From Octopus sinensis (lineage: Eukaryota), in assembly GCF_006345805.1 (NCBI RefSeq), contig NW_021831723.1:1-31819 (forward strand): 31,819 nt of DNA, read 5' to 3'. A program made the position numbers and the translations under genes. Positions 1-9,917 of the stretch are shown piece after piece. A model generated the notes under the pieces. It was not told where the DNA came from, ran no database searches, and saw only the letters and a list, made by a program, of their open reading frames with translations. Numbering within the stretch: position 1 is the first letter of the stretch; each line of letters begins with the position of its first letter.

Positions 1-222
1 ATGTAATAAGTGTATATTATATATAATTACAAACAAGGATTTGTGAGATCAAATCACACAGGGAAATCATATTTAATTCCTATCTTTATATTTTATGTCA
101 ACACCAATATTTTGTTTAAATGCAAACAGATGTTCACCGTTCAATACTAAATTTAATATTTAATCAACGTTAATGATCATTATACTTATACTCTTAGAGA
201 TTTGATTTTTAATCCTTTTAAT
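1..222. repeat. Near-identical copy of intronic segment 2728-2950
   Basis: ATGTAATAAGTGTATATTATATA...GATTTGATTTTTAATC matches 2728-2941 with scattered substitutions. Confidence 0.92.
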
Positions 223-239
223 TTATAACAACGTTATTC

Positions 240-522
240 AGTGGTTTGTCGCAAGTTCCGCCTGACTGGTTCCCTGTGCTGGGGGAAAGTAAAAAGCACC
301 ATCCGAACGTGGTCAATGCCAGCCCCAACCTCAACTGGCTCCTGTGTCGGTGGCACGTAAAAAGCACCCACGACACTCTCGGAGTGGTTGGCGTTAGGAA
401 TGGCATACATATGTGGAAACCTTGCCAGATCACATTGGAGCCTGGCGTAGCCTACTGCCTTGCCTGTGAAATCGTCCGACCCATGCTACTATAAAAACGG
501 ACGTTAAACGATGATGATGATG
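240..522 (+). mobile_element. 5'-truncated RTE-type LINE 3' end (or RTE-tail SINE) with (GAT)n tail
   Basis: Homologous to the 3' UTR of the RTE copy at 17520-17742 (GGTGGCACGTAAAA..GGTTGGCGTTAGGAA..GGACGTTAAACGATGATGAT). Confidence 0.8.
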
Positions 523-775
523 AGTTCCGTGACCAAATGACAAAATTAACTCTATTGTGTCTTCTAATTTGAACATTATTACCAACAGTGCTATCCTCAA
601 TGGTTATTCCATAAACTTTCAATAATATCGATATCTTTAATAGAACTATTATACAGTTACTCTTTCAATCGTCAAGTCGGAATGTAACCTGTTTCCGGTT
701 ATTCTTTGAAGCACAATATGGCCAGGGGAAGTAAAACTTATAGAAATCAATTGGCAACTGTTATTTTATACTCAC

Positions 776-832
776 CAATTTCCTCAGACGCAACCTCTGT
801 TTGTACACACTTGTCTTCAGACTCTGGAGACT
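776..832 (-). CDS. Exon g, 57-nt symmetric exon (ESPESEDKCVQTEVASEEI), paralog of exon f
   Basis: Same acceptor and donor context as exon f; 21 nt shorter with frame preserved; phase 1-1. Confidence 0.8.
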
Positions 833-1007
833 CTGAAATAAATATTTCCAAGTTTTAGAATTAATAATAGAATTTCTTTATCGTTATTTTAAATAAACTC
901 TTTCTTGTTGTTGTGAGACATTCAATTCCTTTGAGTCAAGTAAAACCAAAAACCAGAAATCACAAATCAAAATCAAAACAAGATCGAAATCAAAATGGAA
1001 ATTGTAA

Positions 1008-1343
1008 TTATGGCCGATGCCAGTGCCGCCTGACTGGCACCCGTGCCGATGGCACGTAATAATTACCATTCAAGCGTGGTTTGTTACCAGTTCCGCCTGA
1101 CTGGTTCCCTGTGCAGGTGGCACGTAAAAAGCACCACCCAAATGTGGTCAATACCAGCTCCCACCTAAACTGGCTCCTGTGTCGGTGGCACGTAGAAAGC
1201 ACCCACCACACTCTCGGAGTGGTTGGCATTAGGAATGGCATACATATGTGGAAACCTTGCCAGATCACATTGGAGCCTGGCGCAGCCTACTGCCTTGCCA
1301 GTGAAATCGTCCGACCCATGCCACCATAAGAAACGGATGTTAA

Positions 1344-1377
<34 letters not shown>
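1008..1377 (+). mobile_element. Second copy of the same RTE 3' end with a longer (GAT)n tail
   Basis: Same sequence as 240-522 plus upstream CCAGT.CCGCCTGACTGG..GGCACGTAA subrepeats. Confidence 0.8.
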
Positions 1378-1628
1378 GTTCCATGACCAAATGACAAAAT
1401 TAACTCTATTGTGTCTTCTAATTTGAACATTATTACCAACAGCATTAACCTCAATGGGTATTTCATAAACTCACAGTAAATCGATATCTTTAATTCAATT
1501 ATTATACAGATAATCGTTCAATTGGAAAATAGGAATGGAAGCTGTTTTCAGTTATTCTTTCAAACACAATATACTCAGGGGATGAAAACCTTACAGAAAT
1601 CAATTGGGAACTATTATTTTATACTCAC

Positions 1629-1706
1629 CAATTGCCTGAGATGCAGCCCCTAATTCCTGACATGTAGCCTCTGTTTGTACCCACCTGTCCTCAAACTTTG
1701 GAGCCT
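1629..1706 (-). CDS. Exon f, 78-nt symmetric exon (EAPKFEDRWVQTEATCQELGAASQAI)
   Basis: TTTATTTCAG acceptor and GTGAGT donor; phase 1-1, open in the frame left by the RING exon. Confidence 0.85.
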
Positions 1707-3229
1707 CTGAAATAAATATTTCCAAGTTTTACATTTAATAATAAAATTTCTTCATCTTTATTTTTATTAAACTCTATCTTTTTATTGTGAGACATTCAAT
1801 TCCTGTCGTTACTGGTCAACCTTTGACCATTATGGTTTTGGTCAATATTTCTGTACTTTCTACAGTGGTCCCATGTAATAGCCCAATATGTCCACAATAA
1901 AACAGACTAACATTCCTAAGTCCACCCTCTCTCTCTCTCTAAGAACACATTAAATATTCTAACAATGTACCAATTATCTCATTTAATTAACACTTGATAA
2001 CAGTTTTCTCTTAGCTTTGTCTTTCTTTTCTTATAACTGCCAAATCTATGGCATGGCACTGTCCTCTCATCTCTAGAATTCACTAATCAACATTCCTCTC
2101 TAATTAAGTAAAACTGAGCCCATAAAGACATGTCCTTTATGTGCATACCCTCCACCCCGCACACAATCTGTCCCCTAAAAATCATCTCCACAAGCCAAAT
2201 TCCATACACCCTTCCCCAACATGATCCCTAACAAGGTGTAAAATGTAAGGTGAGGGTACACGATGTTCCTATGACAAAATAAGTTTACATTTCATACATA
2301 CAAATGTAAGAGAGTTAATGAATTATAGCTTATTAATTATCATGATAATTGGGTATATATGTGATACAATGGCACTGTGCTTGACGGTGCAATACTAGAT
2401 ATCAATATAGATTGTATATAATCTGAGTAAAGAACATATAACCTTCATTACAATGAATATGATTGTGTCTCAGCACAGCTAATATTATCGTAGTTCCATG
2501 AGCAAACGAAGAAAGATATAACCAAGTCCACTGCCAAATACTAATGATTAATTCATTTCCTGGTCAAATAACAATGACTATCTTTCATTAAAGAATTTGA
2601 ACGCAACAATCAAGACCAAAGGGTGAAACACTCAGAAAACTGTGCCTCTTTTAGCATTAATATCATCTAAAATCTAACAAGAGTGAGAAAAAGAATGACT
2701 ATATGGATGGTAAATGTTGTTCAAACAATGTAATAAGTGTATATTATATATAGTTACAAACAAGGATTTGTGAGATCAAGTCACACAGGGAACTCATATT
2801 TAATTCCTATCTTTATATCTTATGTCAACACCAATGTTTTGTTTAAATGCAAACAGATGTTCACCGTTCAATACTAAATTTAATATTTAATCAACGTTAA
2901 TGATCATTATACTTATAATCTTAGGGATTTGATTTTTAATCTTGTTAATTTCTCATAATTCAGGGTACGTACCTAAAGAGACATTCAGGGTACGTACCTA
3001 AACAACATATGCTGACAGACATCTTGAAGTGTGACATCTTAAAATTAGGTAAAGGCAATATTTAGTGGATATAGTGATAGATATACTGTCACAAAGAAAA
3101 GACCCCAGGAACACCTATCATAAATCTGTCCTATTATGAAGTACCTGGGTCTACACGAAAGCTTGAAGCACATTATTCCACACAATAAGGTCAACAAGAC
3201 AACAAACAGAACCCCAAAGATTGTCTTAC

Positions 3230-3372
3230 CAAATTCACTTTTGCTGAGGGTGTATTCTCGACACACGGGGCATCTCTTAAATGTCATTTCAGAAGAACAA
3301 TTCTCGCAGAGAACAAGATCTCCACATGGTTGCAGTCTCACGGTGGCCATGTTCTCATGACAGTAGCGACAT
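3230..3372 (-). CDS. Exon e: RING finger (CRYCHENMATVRLQPCGDLVLCENCSSEMTFKRCPVCREYTLSKSEF)
   Basis: C-x2-C-x11-C-x-D-x3-C-x2-C-x8-C-x2-C, MIB/IAP-type RING-HC spacing; TTCCATAG acceptor and GTAAGA donor; 143 nt, phase 2 to 1. Confidence 0.93.
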
Positions 3373-3716
3373 CTATGGAACAAAATATAAACACATTTCA
3401 TCAATAACATTCATGTATATCAATTTTTACATGGTATACATGTTTACAGGACAAAATATTATGAAACTCTGCAGTGACCTCCATGAGTGTCTCACAATTT
3501 CTATTTTAAAGAACCACGTTCGGACAGATTTATGTGTGTATAAGTGCTACGCAGACACACACACGTGTATATTTATACAGATTTTGTTAAATATACGTCT
3601 TGACTCTGATATATTACAAAAGCAGTGCACCACATATATTCCAAAACCATACTTCACTTCTAGACTCCATTTCTGCTGAACAAAACTATATATGTACACA
3701 ACTTTGTGTCTATATA

Positions 3717-4532
3717 CGAGGTCTGATCAATAAGTATCCAGACTGTTGCTATAGTAACGAAGCAAAAACACGCAGAGTGAAGCCGCTTGGCAAAGATTGA
3801 TCTCAATCTGTGCTGTACATGCGCACTAATTTTTATGTTCTAGCTCATATCCGCTGTTTACAGCAGTGCTTGGAAGCCTACGTAAAGTTGCAGAAAGTGT
3901 ATGGAGAGGAGTGTATGAGCCACACACACATGTAAGAGTGGTTCAGACATTTTAAGTATGGCCGAAAATGTCGATATTGACGAACATTCTGGAAGATCTG
4001 CAACGAGCAGAACTGAGAAAAAACATTGCTGATGTGCGTACAGTTGTGTGGGTAAACCATCGAATTACCATCCTTGAATTATCAGAGGATGTGCAGGTTT
4101 GTTACGGTTCGGGCCATTACCACTGAAGATTTGGGTTTGAGACGCGTGTCTACCAAATTTGTGCAAAAACTGCTTTCAGATGACCAAAAGGACACGCGGG
4201 TTTCAGATGCACAACATGTCCTTGATTGTGTCAGGGACGATAAAAATTTATTGAAAAATTTCTAGGGCCCTCTGAGTAGGAATCGTCAAACTTTTGACAA
4301 AATTTGATGCAGATTCTCTGCTCAGCTTTCTATATCATTGTCAATGTGACGATCACACACTACACACCTTCCGTCCAAGCACTGCTGTAAACAGTGGAAT
4401 TGCTCTAGAAAGTCAAAACTTAGCGTGCATGCACAACAGAGATAAAGGTCAATCTGTGCCAAGCAACTTTACTCTGTGTGCTTTAGCTTTGTTACTATGG
4501 CAACAGTCTGGATACTTATTGATAAGATCATG
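3717..4532 (+). mobile_element. Defective Tc1/mariner (mariner-type) element with about 160-bp inverted arms
   Basis: TA|CGAGGTCTGATCAATAAGTATCCAGACTGTTGC ... GCAACAGTCTGGATACTTATTGATAAGATCATG|TA; decayed transposase N-terminus (KLQKVYGEECMS..EWFRHFK.G; EDLGLRRVSTKFVQKLLSDDQK, the WVPxxL-linker equivalent); no DDD catalytic domain. Confidence 0.92.
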
Positions 4533-5860
4533 TACAACCATTAATATATGTATATATAAAACTCTTCATTGTATCTAATCTGTTTCGCAAGTCCTCTATA
4601 TTTAGACATCTGGTTTTGAATTTTATGGCTGGAGAGACGGGACACATTTGCTATAGCTTCATATATACGAGATCCGTATAACTAAACAAGTCACTGTTCT
4701 AAAATAGAAGAATGCTTTGAGAATACAATACAATGTATATGTACAAAACTGGAGAATATTTTAAAAACAGATGAGTTGTACTGAGTTTCTATGCACCATT
4801 AACTTCAGGCCAATCAAAGATGCATTATGGTTGTATGATCCCCACGGTGGCTGGCCCGTGTGTCTTTCCCCATCTTTGCAGTCGAACAAAATCTTACCAT
4901 CCACAGGAAAATTCTGGACATTTGTTGTGACGGATATTAAAAGAAAAGTTCCTTACGTAATCCGACATTAAAGGTCCATATAAGAAAACATCAGGTAAAA
5001 ATCTACCCCTAGTTATAGCTAAATCCAGGGACATTGAGAAATAAACCACTGATTCTGCCACACATGATGTAATTGTTATTGGTGTATCTAAAGAAATCAT
5101 TGATCTACAAACATGTTTTGACAACTTGTCCACTTCAAATGTATTTCTACCCAAAATTTTATCTGCCTAAATCGATTGTACCAAAACCTAGATTTTGCAG
5201 ATTTACCTTCTACTGAGGCACAGGCATACTGTTTAGTCTCCGGTAATCTTTCCTTTTTAATGTTTATAATAAATAAAGACACACATTTTACCTATTTCGG
5301 TATTGATACCATTTTTGACAATCTTAATTATATTTTTCATACAACATAGCAATATTGTTTATAAGCAATCACACATAATAAAATTTCGTCTGCATTAACA
5401 TCCTTGGTTTCTTTGCGCCTTGCCCCTTTAACTGGTAATCAACATCATGATTTAAAGTCTTACACTACTAAGCCTCTTTTTATGGACACTTACTTTATAT
5501 CCAATTGACTACCCCTAATGTCTTCTTTCTGCCTAGAGGAAAGGGAATACATACGACAACATTTATGACCATACCTAGCCATGAGCTGTCAACTCATTCT
5601 TGTCCTTTATTCAAAACAGGACACTGTCTTCTGGTCTTAGATTTAGTAGTTGATAAAGAGATAAATGAAATTAGAAATGAATTACAATCCTTTACAACAC
5701 TATGACTCCAATAGCCTCCATGCGATTCTTGGAAGTGTAGTTTTTTTTCTTAGCTACAATATCGATAACATTAATTTCTTCCATCTTCTTACTCTGTTAA
5801 AATAGTTTAGAAACATTACAGTAATGTATCCGAATGGTTAAAATTCTATTCATTTATTTC

Positions 5861-5946
5861 TACAGCTAAAGATGGCACTGCATTTAAATTGATGTATTGA
5901 TTGCATTGTTCAATTGAATGGAGGCGCTTGAAACGGTCGTATTGTA
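5861..5946 (+). ncRNA. Degenerate minimal hammerhead motif (G5A core mutation), same family as 7737-8072
   Basis: TACAG CTAAAGA TGGC..long stem II..GCTT GAAAC GGTC GTA TTGTA; stem I TACAG/TTGTA. Confidence 0.6.
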
Positions 5947-5992
5947 TCACGACTTGATATCCTGTTGCTTAATTTGATTATATATATATGAA

Positions 5993-6313
5993 GATGCAAG
6001 GCTCAGTGGTTAGAACCTCAGGCTCACACTCATGAGGTAGGGAGTTCGATTTTGTGCTTGAGCAAGACACAATATTTCCATGTTTTTCCAGTTCAATAGG
6101 CTTTAGAAGTGAGTTCTGATGCCACTGGTGTCAAGCTGTATCGGCCCTTGCCTTTCTCTTAGATGACATTGGTGGCGTGGAGAATGGAGTGTGGCATACA
6201 TAGGCCACTGTTTGTCTTCCATAAAAACATTACCCGGCCTCGTGCCCCGGAGTGTAACATCTAACATCCTGGGTGCTATCCGATGATCATTCATAACCGA
6301 ATGATTTCTTTAC

Positions 6314-6318
<5 letters not shown>
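5993..6318 (+). mobile_element. tRNA-derived SINE
   Basis: A-box-like GGCTCAGTGG and B-box-like GAGTTCGATT, followed by TGCTTGAGCAAGACAC, typical of mollusc SINE bodies; ends at (TA)n. Confidence 0.75.
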
Positions 6319-6374
<56 letters not shown>

Positions 6375-6387
6375 AATTCAGGGTGAA

Positions 6388-7186
6388 TCTCTCTATATAT
6401 AAACGGCAGTTTGTCTGTCTGTGTGTCTGTCAGGTTGTACCCTCACCCTGACCACGGTTTTCAACCGATTCTGATGAAACTTGACACACACATAGCCCAA
6501 TGTCATAATTCAAAACTAACGCAGCGAAAATTTTGAAAAGTTCCTCCAGTCCTGAAAAATAATCGATAAATTCGACAAGGGTCGAGAATCTAAGCTTTTT
6601 ATATGCAACACATTTTCTACAGACTGTCTAGGGGACGCAACTCGACCTTTTTAACTCTCGGAACACGTGGGGTAAGTATCCCAAAATGTATAAAGATGTA
6701 CAAAAACGGCAAAAAAGCGGGCAGCAATGTGAGTGACAACAACGAAAAAGTCAAAAGTGACCAAACTGAACAAGCGAATGGAAAAGGTTTGTTTGGTGCA
6801 CACGACAAAAGCGGTTTATAATAAACCACGAGTTTGCAAGTAGCGTCCGAGGACCCTTAGGGTACGTCAAAAATTTAAGGAAAAACGTTTGGGGTGGTAG
6901 TTATAAAGAAAGTGTAAACAAAAAAGTATTCGAATAACTTGCGGCTGCAGCAGCTATTAGCAGAAGTGGCGGTGTTGGGGGTAAAGTCTCGAATGTAATT
7001 TCTTCCTGGTAGGAATTGGTTGGGTTGAATTATCGATAGCTGTTTGATAGTTATTTGGGAGTGAAGAGAAGTCATTGCAACCTACACATGCGCCTTCGTT
7101 CCCTAGAGGGAAAGGACTAGATTGGGATTAGTCGTTGCCTACTAGGGGCTCTTACATACCCGGGCAACGCCGGGCTATGCTGCTAG
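6388..7186 (+). mobile_element. Non-autonomous Helitron-like element
   Basis: A|TC 5' end, subterminal (TGTC)n, 3' hairpin CCCGGGCAACGCCGGG followed by CTAG|T; no target-site duplication. Confidence 0.88.
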
Positions 7187-7278
7187 TACTTGATAAATGT
7201 AAGCACCTGTATATGCCAGCTAGTGGTATAGGTGATAGGATATATGTATCAAAAGAAAAACAGGACGTAAAGGATTTT

Positions 7279-7365
7279 GCGGTACATATGTTTCGGGCTT
7301 TATTGAACAACTTATATCAATGCATAATTGATATAACAGGTAGATCAAAAGCCTTCTTCAGCCAC
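7279..7365 (-). ncRNA. Minimal type I hammerhead ribozyme (Penelope-type), sense to host pre-mRNA
   Basis: GUGG CUGAAGA A GGCUUU..UUAUAUCAAU-UAUGC-AUUGAUAUAA..AAAGCC C GAAAC AUAU GUA^CCGC; palindromic stem III ACAUAUGU; predicted cut between 7283 and 7282. Confidence 0.8.
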
Positions 7366-7380
7366 GTACAATTACCACAC

Positions 7381-7645
7381 CAAAGACATGTATCACATTA
7401 TAGCATGTTTGAGAAAAGGTTTGAGAAAAAACCGAGTTTCATTGGGAAAGTAAATCCTCACAGGCGTATATGGCATTGCGAGACTCCAAAACAAATCGTC
7501 CTTACCGTTTTTTCACTCATTCTTTATCGAGTGAAAAAACGGTTTGTTTTGGAGTCTCGCAGTGTCATATACGCCTGTGAGGATTTACTTTCCCAATGAA
7601 ACTCGGTTTTTTGTCAAACCTGCTATAATGTGATACATGTCTTTG
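7381..7645. repeat. Near-perfect hairpin (arms 7381-7518 and 7529-7645, 10-nt loop) adjoining the hammerhead; probably the same Penelope-derived element (about 7245-7645)
   Basis: CAAAGACATGTATCACATTATAGCA...TTTTTTCACTC / GAGTGAAAAAA...TGCTATAATGTGATACATGTCTTTG; ORFs on both strands share KKPSFIGKVNPHRRI. Confidence 0.93.
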
Positions 7646-7687
<42 letters not shown>

Positions 7688-7769
7688 ATTTGTGTGTATG
7701 TGTGTGAGTGTGTGTGTGTGCGTGTGTGTGTGTGTGTAATCAAAATAAGCAACAGGATAACAAGTAGTA

Positions 7770-7857
7770 ATGCAGTACGACCGTTTCAAGCGACTCCATT
7801 TAATTGAACAAAGCAAACATTACATCAGTTTAAATGCAATTATATCTTCAGCTGCAC
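7770..7857 (-). ncRNA. Minimal hammerhead motif, sense to host; base of stem II degraded
   Basis: GUGCAG CUGAAGA ..stem II.. GAAAC GGUC GUA^CUGCAU; 6-bp stem I. Confidence 0.7.
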
Positions 7858-7952
7858 AAACTAACTGGAGTTTTTTAATAAATGGACACATAAACATGAT
7901 TTTTTAATATAACATTAATGTAGCCTACTAGTTAAAAAATAATATTTATTTT

Positions 7953-8040
7953 GTGCAGCTGAAGATAGCACTGCGTTTAAATTGATGTAATAATTGCATT
8001 TTTCAAGTCAATGGACTCGCTTGAAATGGTCGTACTGCAT
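7953..8040 (+). ncRNA. Minimal hammerhead motif, antisense to host
   Basis: GTGCAG CTGAAGA TAGC..GCTT GAAAT GGTC GTA^CTGCAT. Confidence 0.7.
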
Positions 8041-8188
8041 CACTATTTGATATCCTGCTGCATATTTTGACTTTATTCACCTTACTTCGATCCGCGCGGA
8101 TTATAACGGACTGACTTGGTGCTTCAACTTAAGAACTCAATTCAACTGAATCTGTATTATATATATATATATATATGTGTATATATAT

Positions 8189-9151
8189 TGTTACGGGGGA
8201 CCTCCGAACGAAAGCTGTTACGGAATCCCTCACACAGGCCCGATCGATCAGTAAATGTTCGCCACGGAAACTCGGAGAGGAGAGAGAGACAACTACTACA
8301 ACAACAGCCGCAAGAAGAGACACAGAGGCAATCGAGAGAGACACAAAGAAGGCAATTGGCCTACATTTAACGTACTAGTTTATAACACTTTATAATTGTT
8401 ACAACATCAAATACATATCAGATACATCAAAGAGGAAATACATGCAAGTAACAACACATCAAATGCAATAACAACAGCATTTAAAGAGTACACGTCGAAT
8501 TAAACATCAAGTCAATACATCATACAGTCCGGAGACAACAGTTCTGTTTCAAATCACATTAACGTTACAGTTCAAAGAACATTAAAGGCATATACAGTTC
8601 AATGTTCATTAAAGACTACAACAGAATCTCTCTCTTGCTTTAACAGTTCTGTAACACATATCAATACAGTTCACATTGTTCTTTTTACTGTTTCATTTCT
8701 TTTTCCAGCTTTTATAACACATCGACAAGTCCCTTACTCAATTCACGTATCGTTACATTAGCCAATGTCTCACATTGTAGTTCATCTCTCTTAGCACTGC
8801 TAAATCCAACTGCCAACCGCTAAATCCAACCGCCAACCGCTTGCCTTGAATACCAAATGCTCACTGCTGAATCCGACTGCCAACTGCTCGCCTTGACTCC
8901 CAAATACCGACTGATTTGTCACTACCCCAATCTCTCTGTCGCAATCTCCCTCTCTCTTAGCTCTGCAATACTCTCTGCCTGTCTTCCTCAGCCCCTCATC
9001 CTCTCTCACTGTCTCTCACAAACTGAACTCTAATTCACCTGACAGGGTCGGGGAGTTTCCCCAGAGCTAATTAATCAGCCCGCATCTGGCAGAACAATGG
9101 ATTCATCCCCAAAGTAGGTCGCCGGCTCTGTCCTTAAGCTGAACCACAACA
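8189..9151. mobile_element. Probable solo LTR (Gypsy-like) inserted in (TA)n
   Basis: TGTTACGG...CCACAACA termini (TG..CA, 6/8 inverted match); 963 bp; strong strand asymmetry; internal CTAAATCCAAC.GCCAACCG repeats; flanks ATAT and CTAT. Confidence 0.7.
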
Positions 9152-9162
9152 CTATATATATA

Positions 9163-9228
<66 letters not shown>

Positions 9229-9265
9229 GTATATATAATGTATATATATATATATATATATACAT

Positions 9266-9299
<34 letters not shown>

Positions 9300-9343
9300 A
9301 TATAACACTATATATATATATATTTATATATATATATATATAC

Positions 9344-9386
<43 letters not shown>

Positions 9387-9449
9387 ATATATATATATTT
9401 TCGGTATGTGGTTTTGAGCAATTTGTTGCAATTAACCCTTTATTATAAT

Positions 9450-9510
<61 letters not shown>

Positions 9511-9688
9511 TTATAATAAAGGGTTAATTGCAACAAATTGCTCAAAACCACATACCGAAAATATTAGAAATAGCAGCCAAATAAATCACTATTTCTTCTA
9601 CTAATAAGAGTCTCCAGAAACAAACAGAATTTGTAACTCGTATATGGTAAATAGAAAGAATATAACGAAATCCCTGCCTATTGGATTA

Positions 9689-9746
9689 ATCATAGACGTA
9701 TCGTTTCTGGATTAGAACCGAAGGCTCATTTCCTTGTCAATATAAT
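9689..9746 (-). ncRNA. Hammerhead-like motif with U3/A8 core variant, sense to host
   Basis: AUUAUA UUGACAA GGA AAU GAGCC-UUC-GGUUC UAA UCC A GAAACG AUA CGUC^UAUGAU; an atypical extra A precedes GAAA. Confidence 0.6.
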
Positions 9747-9917
9747 ATTTCCTATAAATCTAGAAATGCTAGGAAAAAAAACTCACCCATTACACCGGCT
9801 CGATCAAGCGACATCGAACGATCTAACGGACTGCTAGTATCTCTACATTTATATAGACAGGCGAATTCGTATCTCCCTCCAAAATTTTTTCCTAGCATTT
9901 CTAGATTTATGGGAAAT

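Larger units (their letters stand above)
240..1804. repeat. Tandem duplication, units about 240-930 and 1073-1804, each holding an RTE 3' remnant, intron sequence and one micro-exon
   Basis: Colinear similarity from GTGGTTTGT..AGTTCCGCCTGACTGG to GAGACATTCAATTCCT; ORFs 246-494 and 1081-1329 are near-identical. Confidence 0.95.
7737..8072. mobile_element. Fold-back element with about 125-bp inverted arms, each containing a hammerhead (probable inverted Penelope pseudo-LTRs)
   Basis: 7737-7860 is the reverse complement of about 7950-8072; a third copy of the arm lies at about 5855-5980. Confidence 0.85.

Noticed and set aside
218-1426. Duplicated 70-86 aa ORFs on both strands
   Set aside because: They fall in non-coding RTE 3' UTR remnants copied by the tandem duplication.
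5993-6060. tRNA gene
   Set aside because: A and B boxes are present, but there is no complete cloverleaf and the sequence continues into a SINE body.
7135-7816. ORFs on opposite strands sharing a peptide
   Set aside because: This is a consequence of the hairpin; the ORFs cross unrelated repeat boundaries.
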